From an uncultured Methanosarcinales archaeon (GTDB lineage Archaea > Nanobdellota > Nanobdellia > Woesearchaeales > CAZOXR01), in the NCBI GenBank assembly GCA_964566535.1, contig CAZMIO010000003.1:89153-153152 (forward strand): a stretch of 64,000 bases of DNA, read 5' to 3'. Below the pieces are notes generated by a model. It had not been told where the DNA came from. It was given only the letters and a program-made list of their open reading frames with translations, and searched no databases. Of this stretch, positions 19,937-29,957 are shown one piece after another. How positions within the stretch are numbered: the stretch's first letter is position 1; each line of letters opens with the position of its first letter. The position numbers were made by a program, and so were the translations under genes.

Positions 19937-20361
19937 AGGCAAGAATAATCCCAATGCCGCCGAGGGGGAGCGTAGGTGAAGATTACACTCAAGTTGGTGG
20001 TCCACCTTATTTATTATTTGAAGGCGAAGCTGAAGGATATGATATAGTTCTTGGTTATAGGATCATTCCCGGAGACTCACAGCAGGTTGCACACAGAGTC
20101 CAATCTGCAGATCTTAGATTAGAGACCGATATCAGAGCAATACCTACAGGAGACATTTCAATCGCAGCAGAATATGAAAGCGAGAGTACTGGTGATTTAG
20201 TAGAAGCAGTAATTAGGGAGTCTAGAAACTTTGCTAAATTAGGAAATGCTGACTACTATTTTGTTGATTTGACTAGTCCAGGAATTATAACTTCACCCGT
20301 GCCACCATTCCGAGGGAGACCATATGTTGTTGTTAGACCTTTATTATTTAGAGGGATATAA
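19933..20361 (+). CDS. Hypothetical protein
   Basis: ATGA overlap with ispG; composition differs from neighbours. Confidence 0.55.
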   Translation: MKARIIPMPPRGSVGEDYTQVGGPPYLLFEGEAEGYDIVLGYRIIPGDSQQVAHRVQSADLRLETDIRAIPTGDISIAAEYESESTGDLVEAVIRESRNFAKLGNADYYFVDLTSPGIITSPVPPFRGRPYVVVRPLLFRGI

Positions 20362-20424
20362 TAACTATTCCTTGTTCTTATCCTAACAACACATTTATAA
20401 ACAAATTCTTTAGATTAATTACCT

Positions 20425-21642
20425 ATGTACGAAATACTAAAACTATCATTAATCTTAATAGTAATGATAATTATTATAGCTAGAAAGCTAGACCTAATCT
20501 ACGCCATCTTATCAGGAATCATACTAACAGGATTCTTATTCAACCACTCGAGAGGATTCATACCTGACTTCACAGAAACAATAACTGACTTCAAAGTAAT
20601 CAATATCCTAATTGTCTTCTACTTCGTATTCTACCTAAGTAACCTACTCACAGACGCAGGAATCTTAAAAAAAATGCTAGCATCATTAGAAAAGTTCATC
20701 AAAGACATACGTTTCGTAATAATCTCATTACCTTTGATGATAGGTATTGTTCCAGCACCATCCGGAGCAATGCTCTCAGCACCCTTTGTCAACGAATTAG
20801 GGGACAGAGTAAAATTATCACCAACTAGAAAATTAATAATCAACTATTGGTATAGGCATGTAACAGAATACCTAAATCCAATCTATCCAGGACCAATTAT
20901 CTTAACTGCCCTATTAGGAATTACCTTCACCCAATTATTCACATTAAACATACCTATAATGTTGTTCGTAATAATCCTAGGATTCTTCATGTTTGTCATA
21001 AACATAAAATCAACCGAAAAAAACGATGAAAAACCAACAAAGAATGACCTTAAAAACATACTAAATGGAATACTTCCGATCTTCATAGCAATCCTACTAC
21101 CAATAATCTTCAAGATAAATATTTCAATATCATTAATAGTTGCAATCCTCCTAATAATTGTAGTAAACAAATTAAACATCCAAACGCTAAAGCCAGTCTT
21201 CAAAAAAGCATTCAAACCAAATATTTTAGTCTTAATATTCCTGATAATGTACTTCAAAGTTATCTTAGAAAACTCAAAAGCAGTTGAATTAGTCTCAAAT
21301 CAATTCATAACATTAGGATTCCCACCAATCTTCTTAATAATCTTACTACCTTTGGTTGTAGGTTTCATGACTGGAATGACAATAGCTTATGTTGGACTAG
21401 CCTTCCCCTTACTAATACCACTTATGCAAACTCCAACAGGACTAAATATGTCATTTGTCATGCTCGCCTATGTAGCAGGATTCGTAGGCGTATTAGCAAC
21501 ACCAACTCACTTATGTTTCTCAGTAACGAAAGAATACTTCAAGGCCCCATACACAAAACTCTACAAAAAACTATTACCTGCATTAACACTTCTACTAACA
21601 TTCGCAATAATTCTAGCTCTATTCGGTTGGAGCGGGTTCTAG
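20425..21642 (+). CDS. DUF401 family membrane protein (putative transporter)
   Basis: Multiple TM segments; GAMLSAP, NYWYRH, PIYPG and PTHLC motifs. Confidence 0.8.
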   Translation: MYEILKLSLILIVMIIIIARKLDLIYAILSGIILTGFLFNHSRGFIPDFTETITDFKVINILIVFYFVFYLSNLLTDAGILKKMLASLEKFIKDIRFVIISLPLMIGIVPAPSGAMLSAPFVNELGDRVKLSPTRKLIINYWYRHVTEYLNPIYPGPIILTALLGITFTQLFTLNIPIMLFVIILGFFMFVINIKSTEKNDEKPTKNDLKNILNGILPIFIAILLPIIFKINISISLIVAILLIIVVNKLNIQTLKPVFKKAFKPNILVLIFLIMYFKVILENSKAVELVSNQFITLGFPPIFLIILLPLVVGFMTGMTIAYVGLAFPLLIPLMQTPTGLNMSFVMLAYVAGFVGVLATPTHLCFSVTKEYFKAPYTKLYKKLLPALTLLLTFAIILALFGWSGF

Positions 21643-22778
21643 AACACCACTATAAAGTGATAACAAACCAAAAGCTTTATATACTAGTAATTGAGTCTTA
21701 CTTACTGATATGTTACAAAATCAATTTGCAGATCCAAGATATACAGGTTTAGATACTTTTCTAGCTGGCGATACATTTGCAGGCATAGAAAGCGCTTATT
21801 CTCCAGACACTGCACATCATGTTCAAAGAATGACTGCACAGTTTTACAAAGTACTGGGTCGAAATCCCGCTAAAGAAGCTGAAATTCCATCAAGAGTAGC
21901 AGCAGCTGAAGCAATTGTAGAACAATTAACAACAGATGAAGTAGTAAATTCAATTGATAAGTGGAGACAACTAATCTATAGCTGTACTGATGCACCAGAT
22001 TTTATGCCAGATGATCTTCCTTCATGGGTAACCCCTGACGAATATCCAGGAGACCTCACTTCAGGTATACTAGCTTATTTTATAAGACCTAGTGAAGCTT
22101 TAGCCGAATCTGCTCATTTAGATGAGGCATACGATATTGTTGATAAGTTACCTGACTTCATGAAACCTAGGACAGTTAGAGCAATTACAAGAGCAGGACA
22201 ATCGCCATCTACTCATCTAGTAGGAAGAAATACTTTTGGATTACCCTCAGCAAAATATGCTCATGACATTGCAGAAAATGTTTACGCAACAGAAGAGCTA
22301 GCTGAACTTACCGAAGTTTATACTCGTTTCCTTAGAAATCCAGATAATACGCAAGTTGAGAATCTAGCAAGAATAGTATTAAACCCACTCCACGCAAAAG
22401 TAGAGGCAGATTATAGGAAAACACCTTACCATTCACCAGAACATTGGCAGGGATTAAGAAATTATGCATCTGCTATGGCACAACCCGAGGGAAGAACAAA
22501 TGTTGGTTTAAATATTGCTAATAAACTTGCAAGAACTGGTTTAAAAGAATCTGGAATGCAAAGTATCATGGATTATGCCCAACAAAAACAAGTTGGTAGA
22601 GATCAACTAAGAGGGCAAGTTGCAAAGCTCTCAAGAAAATTACGTGACGGTACTACGCCACAACCACAAACCTTAGGTGATTTTAATCAATTACTAATGT
22701 CTTAAATTTCTAACATCGTGGATACCTTAAAATCTTTGAAAACTAATTCTAGCTATATTCGGTTGGAGTGGATTTTAA
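21608..22778 (+). repeat. Imperfect 35-bp direct repeat (21608-21642 and 22744-22778) flanking an orphan ORF
   Basis: taattctagctctattcggttggagcgggttctag vs taattctagctatattcggttggagtggattttaa, 30/35 identical. Confidence 0.85.
21710..22705 (+). CDS. Hypothetical protein
   Basis: 331-aa ORF with its own TATA (TTTATATA about 21677); no recognised motif. Confidence 0.7.
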   Translation: MLQNQFADPRYTGLDTFLAGDTFAGIESAYSPDTAHHVQRMTAQFYKVLGRNPAKEAEIPSRVAAAEAIVEQLTTDEVVNSIDKWRQLIYSCTDAPDFMPDDLPSWVTPDEYPGDLTSGILAYFIRPSEALAESAHLDEAYDIVDKLPDFMKPRTVRAITRAGQSPSTHLVGRNTFGLPSAKYAHDIAENVYATEELAELTEVYTRFLRNPDNTQVENLARIVLNPLHAKVEADYRKTPYHSPEHWQGLRNYASAMAQPEGRTNVGLNIANKLARTGLKESGMQSIMDYAQQKQVGRDQLRGQVAKLSRKLRDGTTPQPQTLGDFNQLLMS

Positions 22779-22817
22779 CAACAAAATATTTATATCATCT
22801 AATCACAAAAGAAAGGT

Positions 22818-23360
22818 ATGGTACTACTAAAATCTATAACTAAACTGAATAAAGGAGAATCCGCGCCAGACTTCTCATTAGAGAACATTGATGATACAGT
22901 TACAAACCTATCTGACTTCAAAGGAAAAGCAGTTGTAATCATATTCATGTGCAATCACTGCCCCTATGTCAAACCAAAACTGCAGGAGATAGCTGATATT
23001 GATAATGACTATGAAGATGTCGTAGTCATTGGCATAAACTCAAATGACCCAACTAACTATGAAGAAGACAATTTCGAAAACATGAAAATTATAGCTAAAC
23101 AATTTGGTTATAAACATTATCTAGTTGACGAAACTCAAGAAGTAGCAAAAAGCTATGGTGCAACTTGTACTCCAGACCCTTTCATTTTTGATAAAGATCA
23201 TAAATTAGTATTTCACGGAAGAATAAATGATTCTATGGAACCAACTGACCCAATAACTGAAAAAACAATGAGAAATGTCTTAGATAAACTGTTAGCTGGA
23301 GAAGAAATCACTGAATGGTTCTTACCTAGTCTTGGTTGCAGTATTAAGTGGAAGAATTAA
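22818..23360 (+). CDS. Thioredoxin-fold AhpC/TSA family protein
   Basis: APDFSL, MCNHCPYV, GATCTPD, GCSIKW. Confidence 0.88.
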   Translation: MVLLKSITKLNKGESAPDFSLENIDDTVTNLSDFKGKAVVIIFMCNHCPYVKPKLQEIADIDNDYEDVVVIGINSNDPTNYEEDNFENMKIIAKQFGYKHYLVDETQEVAKSYGATCTPDPFIFDKDHKLVFHGRINDSMEPTDPITEKTMRNVLDKLLAGEEITEWFLPSLGCSIKWKN

Positions 23361-23673
23361 AGTCCAACTGATCATCCTGGACATAATTAAGATTCTGTTT
23401 CAACGATATTTCCGCTTTCGTTAATTCTTTTGCAAGATATGCTAAATGTTGATTTTTCAATTTTATATGTTTAATAACAGTATTATACACAGAAGGCACA
23501 TCATGACCTTTAAACAAATATTCAATCACATTATCCTTCTTACAAAATCCTGCTTCTATCTGATTCTCATTAATTCTAATCAGAAAATATCCATGGTCCA
23601 TGTCAAATTCTTTATCAGAGTCAAACGTACATTCAATTATCTTACAATCCTCACTTAAAGTCGGTTTTGTCAT
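23344..23673 (-). CDS. DUF4346 domain protein
   Basis: D.HGYFLI, HLAYLAKELTKAE and YVQD motifs. Confidence 0.75.
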   Translation of the reverse strand: MTKPTLSEDCKIIECTFDSDKEFDMDHGYFLIRINENQIEAGFCKKDNVIEYLFKGHDVPSVYNTVIKHIKLKNQHLAYLAKELTKAEISLKQNLNYVQDDQLDFNSST

Positions 23674-23749
23674 TATATTGGTTATCTATTATCACTATAT
23701 AAATTTTAGGGTTACCTTTAAAAACTAATTCTTACTCCCTATCTACAGC

Positions 23750-24880
23750 ATGAAAACACTATCAATATTAGGCTCAACAGGATCAATAGGAACACAAACA
23801 CTAGAGTTAGTTAGAAACAATCCTAATGAATTCAAAGTCCTAGGCTTAACTGTAAACAAAAACATCGAACTTCTAAAACAACAAATAGACGAATTCAATC
23901 CAGTTTCAGTTGCAGTAATGGACGAACAAAAAGCAGACGAACTAAAAGTTGACATCCCAGTCTACAAAGGATTAGAAGGAATAAACAAAATTGCAACATT
24001 ACAAGAATCAAACACAATCATAAACTCCCTTGTAGGATCAATAGGAGTAATTCCAACAATAAAAGCAATTAAAGAAAAAAAGAACATTGCTTTAGCAAAC
24101 AAAGAAACATTAGTAACAGCAGGAGACATAGTAATGGAAGAAGTAAGAAAACATCAAGTAAACTTAATGCCAATTGATTCTGAACATTCTGCAATATTTC
24201 AATGCCTAAACGGAGAAAAAATAAACGAACTAAAAAAAATAATCATAACTTGCTCAGGCGGAGCATTCAAAAACAAAACAGAAGAAGAACTAAAAACAGT
24301 AACAGCAAAAGACGCTTTAAAACACCCTACCTGGAACATGGGTGCAAAGATAACGATTGACTCAGCAACTCTAATGAACAAAGGCTTTGAAGTTATTGAA
24401 GCACATCACTTATACAACATTCCTTACGAACAAATTGAAGTTATCATACATCCAGAGTCAATCATCCATTCATTAGTTGAATTCCAAGACACCTCAATCA
24501 TAGCACAATTAGGATACCCAGATATGAAAATACCTATCCAATACGCATTAACATATCCAAAGAGAATAAAGAACAACTTAAAATCCCTAAACCTCAACGA
24601 ATTAAAGCAATTAAACTTCAAAACCCCTAACCATCAATTATTCCCATGCCTAAATTACGCTTACGAAGCAGGAAAAACAAAAGGAACCTTACCAGCAGTA
24701 CTAAACGCAGCAAACGAAGTTGCAGTACAACAATTCTTAGAAAATAAAATATCTTTCCTAGACATCGCAAAAACAATAAAACAAGCCCTAGACTCACATA
24801 ATATAATCAAAAACCCAGACTTAGCTGAAATCTTAGAAGTTGATAAGCAAACAAGAGAAAACGCTTCACTCAAAAGCTAA
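23750..24880 (+). CDS. dxr: 1-deoxy-D-xylulose-5-phosphate reductoisomerase
   Basis: LGSTGSIG, LANKETLV, PIDSEHSA, HPTWNMGAKITIDSATLMNKG, NAANE. Confidence 0.95.
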   Translation: MKTLSILGSTGSIGTQTLELVRNNPNEFKVLGLTVNKNIELLKQQIDEFNPVSVAVMDEQKADELKVDIPVYKGLEGINKIATLQESNTIINSLVGSIGVIPTIKAIKEKKNIALANKETLVTAGDIVMEEVRKHQVNLMPIDSEHSAIFQCLNGEKINELKKIIITCSGGAFKNKTEEELKTVTAKDALKHPTWNMGAKITIDSATLMNKGFEVIEAHHLYNIPYEQIEVIIHPESIIHSLVEFQDTSIIAQLGYPDMKIPIQYALTYPKRIKNNLKSLNLNELKQLNFKTPNHQLFPCLNYAYEAGKTKGTLPAVLNAANEVAVQQFLENKISFLDIAKTIKQALDSHNIIKNPDLAEILEVDKQTRENASLKS

Positions 24881-24948
24881 TCTCCTTCTCGACCTATATT
24901 CAATAACAATTAACCTTATATATACCATAACCCCTTAATTTACTTACA

Positions 24949-25092
24949 ATGGTAGAAACATTTAAGTGCGATTGCGGCAATGTATGTACCTTAGAGGACG
25001 GAGAAGAACAGACAGAACACTTCGGAGATGGTGACATGAACAATGTAGGCATCATCTCAAAATGCAAATGTTGCAATAAGATACTAAATTAA
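24949..25092 (+). CDS. 47-aa Cys-rich micro-protein (absent from ORF track)
   Basis: MVETFKCDCGNVC...KCKCCNKILN; TATA upstream; stop 2 nt before the next ATG. Confidence 0.7.
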   Translation: MVETFKCDCGNVCTLEDGEEQTEHFGDGDMNNVGIISKCKCCNKILN

Positions 25093-25094
25093 CG

Positions 25095-25562
25095 ATGGAA
25101 GACAAGAAGCTAGTCTGTAAGGAAGACAAAGAAGGTAAACTTCACTGTACAGAACAAAAAGTACACAAATTCATAGATGATAAGCTATTAGGGATGCTAG
25201 ATGTAGTTCTACACATCCTTCTATTCATTTTAATTGTAGCTTTGTTGGTAGCAATACTATTCGAGCTAAAAACATTATTCTTCGTACACCTATTCAATGC
25301 AAGCGTAAATGTAATTATAGACCACATCTTATTCGCATTCATTTTAGTAGAGTTATTCACAATTCTTTACTCTTACCTAAAGAAACACTACATAAAAGTT
25401 GAACGTGTAGTAGAAGTAGGAATAATCTCATTAGTAAGAGACCTAATATTCCGAATCCCAGACATAGAAACAGGTAAAATCTACGCAATCGCAGTAACCT
25501 TATTAGTTTTAGGCGCAATATTCTTTGTAGAAAAGCACTTCTCAAAAGATAGGAATAATTAA
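25095..25562 (+). CDS. PsiE-like (phosphate-starvation-inducible E) membrane protein
   Basis: Hydrophobic segments with ILVELF...SY and ISLVR motifs. Confidence 0.72.
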   Translation: MEDKKLVCKEDKEGKLHCTEQKVHKFIDDKLLGMLDVVLHILLFILIVALLVAILFELKTLFFVHLFNASVNVIIDHILFAFILVELFTILYSYLKKHYIKVERVVEVGIISLVRDLIFRIPDIETGKIYAIAVTLLVLGAIFFVEKHFSKDRNN

Positions 25563-25634
25563 CACTAATTCTTGTTTAACCTAAGAACATTAAACCAAAA
25601 AAGTTATAACTAAATCCTCATTTCTTAACCGGAT

Positions 25635-26258
25635 ATGGCAGTCATATCTTCAGAACAATATCAAGCAAGACTTCTAGCTACCTTGGCACATTTACAAGAT
25701 TCGGATATAAAAGATCAAATAGGCCCTAAATTAGGAGGGCGGGGAGGTACAGCTTTTTATCCTATGGGTGATGTACAATTGCCTGGAGAGGATCCATTAT
25801 ACTTAGGTCTTAAATTAAGAAGTAATTCTGAAGAAGAAATCGCAAAAGAATTACAACTCTTTGAATTCTTGTACACCTTAGGCTGCCCAGTACCTTATTT
25901 AAGTGTTGTTGTAACCAATGGGGAAGATGTAGGAATATTAACAGAAGACCTTACACGTAATGGGGAACTAGACTTAACAGAGATTATCCTACCTCACTTT
26001 ATCCCTGACTCATTGGACAACTGTGCAGAACTAAGGGAACAATACGGAGGTTCTTGTATGGATATAAACCAAACAGGCATTACAGCTTATGGAAAATCTT
26101 ACTTCGTTGCTCATGAACCATACACAACAGGGATAGGAAGAGGCTGTTTTCTTGATATAGAACATTTTGAATTCCCACCAGACATAAAAGAACTAGAACA
26201 ACAAGTAAAACAAGAAGCACCAAAGTATCTCAGAGAACCATTATTATTAAGGGTATAA
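25635..26258 (+). CDS. Hypothetical protein, possible degenerate kinase-like fold
   Basis: LGGRGG, LK, E, PVP, ILTEDL and LDIE in kinase-like order. Confidence 0.5.
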   Translation: MAVISSEQYQARLLATLAHLQDSDIKDQIGPKLGGRGGTAFYPMGDVQLPGEDPLYLGLKLRSNSEEEIAKELQLFEFLYTLGCPVPYLSVVVTNGEDVGILTEDLTRNGELDLTEIILPHFIPDSLDNCAELREQYGGSCMDINQTGITAYGKSYFVAHEPYTTGIGRGCFLDIEHFEFPPDIKELEQQVKQEAPKYLREPLLLRV

Positions 26259-26270
26259 TATTTTAGAAAA

Positions 26271-27122
26271 TCAAAGCAGCTCAACAATTCCAGAAGGCAA
26301 CTTAGCAACCTTAACACCAGCTTCCTCAAAAGCTTTAATCTTAGATTCAGCAGTTCCAGAATCACCAGAAATAATAGCACCTGCATGACCCATCCTCTTT
26401 CCTTTAGGCGCAGTAATTCCAGCAATGTAAGCTACAACCTTCTTAGTAACGTTCTTCTTAATAAACTCAGCAGCTTTTTCTTCCTGGTCTCCACCAATCT
26501 CACCAAGTAAAACAATCTTCTCAGTATCCTTATCCTTTTCAAACAACTTCAAAACATCAATAAAGTTAGTTCCAATTATAGCATCCCCACCAATTCCAAT
26601 ACAAGTACTTTGTCCTATACCTTTACGCGTTAACTCATTAATAACTTCATAAGTAAGTGTACCAGACCGAGAAACAACACCAACATTACCTTCTAAAAAG
26701 ATATGATTTGGCATTATCCCAATCTTAGACTGCCCAGGAGATATCATCCCAGGACAATTAGGACCAACAACAATCTTACCTTTATCCCGAGCAACATCCA
26801 TAACCTTAATCACATCATGAATTGGAGTATCTTCTGTAATAAAGACAACATTCAAACCATTTGAAAGTGCATCAATTGCAGCATCTTTAGCAAACTTTGC
26901 AGGAACAAACAAAACTGAAAAATCTGCCGAATGTTCAGCAACAGCCTCCGCCATTGAATTATAAACAGGAACTCCATGAACTTCCTGACCACCTTTCCCA
27001 GGAGTCACTCCAGCAACTACTTGAGTCCCGTAATCAATCATCCTCCGAGTATGAAAACTACCTTGCGTTCCAGTTATACCTTGAACAATTACTTTAGTAT
27101 TTTTATCAATCAATATGCTCAT
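26271..27122 (-). CDS. sucD: Succinyl-CoA synthetase alpha subunit
   Basis: VQGITG, GPNCPG, SRSGTLTYE, MGHAGA (phospho-His). Confidence 0.95.
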   Translation of the reverse strand: MSILIDKNTKVIVQGITGTQGSFHTRRMIDYGTQVVAGVTPGKGGQEVHGVPVYNSMAEAVAEHSADFSVLFVPAKFAKDAAIDALSNGLNVVFITEDTPIHDVIKVMDVARDKGKIVVGPNCPGMISPGQSKIGIMPNHIFLEGNVGVVSRSGTLTYEVINELTRKGIGQSTCIGIGGDAIIGTNFIDVLKLFEKDKDTEKIVLLGEIGGDQEEKAAEFIKKNVTKKVVAYIAGITAPKGKRMGHAGAIISGDSGTAESKIKAFEEAGVKVAKLPSGIVELL

Positions 27123-28223
27123 TTATTTCACCAACGAAACTATCTTCTCTGCACATTCTCCCATCGTAGCTAATGTATCTATCTTATTCTCAGTAAGTAT
27201 CTTCTGACCTTCAGCCTCATTAGTACCAATTAACCTTACAACCATAGGAATCTTAATCTCATTCTTAGATATATAATCAACTAAACCTTGAGCAATATTA
27301 TCACACCTTGTAATCCCGCCAAAAATATTAATAAATATCCCTTTTGGATCCTTCTTCATACAAATTTCCAAACTCTTCTCCATCTTCTCTACAGATGCTC
27401 CACCACCAACATCTAAAAAGTTAGCAGGCTTTCCACCATAATGACCGATTGCATCAAGTGTTGCCATAACCAACCCAGCGCCATTCCCAATTATCGCAAT
27501 ATTTCCATCAAGCTCAACATATGCAACTCCAGCTTTATTAGCTTCCTTCTCTATAGGGGTCAATTCACTCTCTTTCTGAGAAGTAAACTCAGGGTGCCTA
27601 AATAAAGCATTATCATCAATTATAACTTTAGAATCTGCAGCAACTAAACCTTTAGGAGTTATCGCAAGAGGATTAATCTCAACTAGTTCAGCATCACTCT
27701 CAACCATACTCTTAGCTAATTTCTCAACAATCTCAACCAATTCAGTAGCATGTTCAAAACCTTTCAACTTCTCCATCAAACTTCCAGGAGAAAACTCACT
27801 CATTGGCATCTTAATTACTTTGGAAGGAGAGGTCTTTGCAAGCTCCTCAATATCAACTCCTCCTTCAAGAGATACTATCAGTGTCAAGCCCTTCTCAACT
27901 CTGTTAACCACAATAGAAACATAAAGCTCTCCAAGAAAATCTAACTTTTCACATACTAAAATCTGATCAACCTTTTCTCCTTTCAGATCCATACCAAGAA
28001 TTGACTTAGCAACATCCTCAATATCCTCTTTAGTTGCAAACTTAACCCCGCCAGATTTACCTCTACCACCGACCAAAACCTGAGCCTTAATCACATACTC
28101 AGAACTATCTAACTCACTCAACTTACCTTGGATCTCATCAACAGAATTAACTGGAAAACCTTCCTGGATCCTAATTCCGTTCTTCTTGAAAATCGCCTTA
28201 CCTTGATATTCTTTCAGTTTCAT
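27123..28223 (-). CDS. sucC: Succinyl-CoA synthetase beta subunit
   Basis: LKEYQGK, KAQVLVGGRGK, EINPL, GNGAGLVMAT, NFLDVGGG, NIFGGITRC. Confidence 0.95.
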   Translation of the reverse strand: MKLKEYQGKAIFKKNGIRIQEGFPVNSVDEIQGKLSELDSSEYVIKAQVLVGGRGKSGGVKFATKEDIEDVAKSILGMDLKGEKVDQILVCEKLDFLGELYVSIVVNRVEKGLTLIVSLEGGVDIEELAKTSPSKVIKMPMSEFSPGSLMEKLKGFEHATELVEIVEKLAKSMVESDAELVEINPLAITPKGLVAADSKVIIDDNALFRHPEFTSQKESELTPIEKEANKAGVAYVELDGNIAIIGNGAGLVMATLDAIGHYGGKPANFLDVGGGASVEKMEKSLEICMKKDPKGIFINIFGGITRCDNIAQGLVDYISKNEIKIPMVVRLIGTNEAEGQKILTENKIDTLATMGECAEKIVSLVK

Positions 28224-29227
28224 AAAGCATCCCTAAAACTAAACCCATATTTTATTGCCTGTACATTCTTATCCACAAACTTAGGCGGAAGAACATCTTC
28301 AATATTTATAAGCATTATGTTTATCCCCAAATACTTCAGTATTTTCCCCAAAGCAATCATATTAACAAAAACCTTATTCCCGAACTTAGAAACCGCATCT
28401 TCCTTAAATCCAAACTGATCCCTATTTTTACATTGAACAGCACAATCAATACATTTTTTACCACAGATTGTATCGTCAATTATCAATTCCTTAGCTGGAA
28501 ACCACTGTCTTGTCCTTGCAAACTTCAACAACAAATCAGCTTCATCAATTATCGGATTCTCAATCTTATTCTCAGAAAATATCAAATCAGCAGAAATATT
28601 ACCGCTCCTAACTGCAGAGTCATACTCCATATTCAAAGAAACCTCATTACCAAGCTGAGATAATATATGTGCAAGCGAAAATGACAACAGCTTTATCCCC
28701 TGACCAGCTTCTCCAACAATCTTAATCCTCCTTTCTTTCTCCGCATTCTCATAATCTCCAATGTGTTTGATCAGCTTCTGTATCTCTATTCCAAACATAC
28801 TCTTCTTTAGTAAAACACCTTTCTCAAAACCAAACTTAGATATATTCTCAATAAACTTATTCTTTGAGTAAGCATACATTACAATCTTATAACAACCAGT
28901 CTCAATCAACTTCTTCTCCAAATGCTCCATAAGCTTCCTAATGTAACCTTTACCTCTATGTTCCTTACTATTATATACCCAGTAAATTGTAAAAACATTA
29001 AACAGCAACCATCCAAATAAGAACGCAACGACTTCCCCATTCTCTTCAACAACATAAAATGCCGCCTGTTTATCCTTCATTAACTCAGCAAGACCATCAC
29101 CAGTAAAATTAGCTTTCAAAGCCTTACGAATCTTATCAGGCTCTTTATCGTAAGTCTCATCAATAACATTCTCCATCAGCTTACCGACAGCTTCAGCATC
29201 CTTCTTCTCAATCTTCCTAATTTCCAT
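28220..29227 (-). CDS. GNAT acetyltransferase fused to 2-oxoacid:ferredoxin oxidoreductase gamma subunit
   Basis: N-half GNAT pattern (EHRGKGY, FGFEK); C-half GEAGQGI, YDSAVRSG, NMIALG, NVQAIKYG. Confidence 0.75.
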   Translation of the reverse strand: MEIRKIEKKDAEAVGKLMENVIDETYDKEPDKIRKALKANFTGDGLAELMKDKQAAFYVVEENGEVVAFLFGWLLFNVFTIYWVYNSKEHRGKGYIRKLMEHLEKKLIETGCYKIVMYAYSKNKFIENISKFGFEKGVLLKKSMFGIEIQKLIKHIGDYENAEKERRIKIVGEAGQGIKLLSFSLAHILSQLGNEVSLNMEYDSAVRSGNISADLIFSENKIENPIIDEADLLLKFARTRQWFPAKELIIDDTICGKKCIDCAVQCKNRDQFGFKEDAVSKFGNKVFVNMIALGKILKYLGINIMLINIEDVLPPKFVDKNVQAIKYGFSFRDAL

Positions 29228-29957
29228 TTTTCACAATACCTAACTCACCATCCTTTAACAACCCAGTTGGATTTAGATTAATCTTATAATCATCCTTAAC
29301 CTTTTCCAACATTTCATAACCATTCTTAAATCCTAATCTTCTTCCATTATTCTCAATACAATTAGAAATAACATCAATAAAAGCAAAACCATCCCATTCA
29401 ATCGCTTCCTTCATACATTTCTTAAGATGCTCTATCTGATAAACTGAACATCGAGCATAAAAGTGATTCTTATTAGAAGTTATTATCCCTTGGATATTCA
29501 AAGGACTAAATGTATTACCTAACGGACTAGTCAACGTCTTAATCCCCTCAGGTGTAGTCGGAGCCATCTGCCCCCCAGTCATACCATAAATCTCATTATT
29601 AATACAAATAACTGTAATATTCACATCTCTCCTAGAAGTATGTAGTAAATGATTCCCACCAATTCCAGTCAAATCTCCATCACCACTAAAAACAACAACA
29701 TTTAATTTCTCATTCCCCCCCTTAATTCCTTCAGCAAACGAAAGTGCCCTTCCATGAGTTCCATGTACACTATCTATATTGTAATATCCTGCAGCCCTTC
29801 CGCTGCACCCAATACCTGAAACAATAGCCAACTCCTCTTTCTTAAGCCCCATAGACTCAAAAGTAAAAGCTAACTGCTTAAACACAGTCCCAATCGAACA
29901 TCCAGGACACCATGTTGTAGGCATTCTATCCCATTTGATATAATCTTTATAGTTCAT
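29217..29957 (-). CDS. korB: 2-oxoacid (probably 2-oxoglutarate):ferredoxin oxidoreductase beta subunit
   Basis: WCPGC, SGIGCS, HGRA, GDGD...NN TPP motif, YGMTGGQ. Confidence 0.9.
   Translation of the reverse strand: MNYKDYIKWDRMPTTWCPGCSIGTVFKQLAFTFESMGLKKEELAIVSGIGCSGRAAGYYNIDSVHGTHGRALSFAEGIKGGNEKLNVVVFSGDGDLTGIGGNHLLHTSRRDVNITVICINNEIYGMTGGQMAPTTPEGIKTLTSPLGNTFSPLNIQGIITSNKNHFYARCSVYQIEHLKKCMKEAIEWDGFAFIDVISNCIENNGRRLGFKNGYEMLEKVKDDYKINLNPTGLLKDGELGIVKNGN

Noticed and set aside
25635..26258. Active protein kinase call
   Set aside because: A Gly loop, Lys and DxE are present, but no recognisable catalytic HxD-x4-N loop; left as hypothetical
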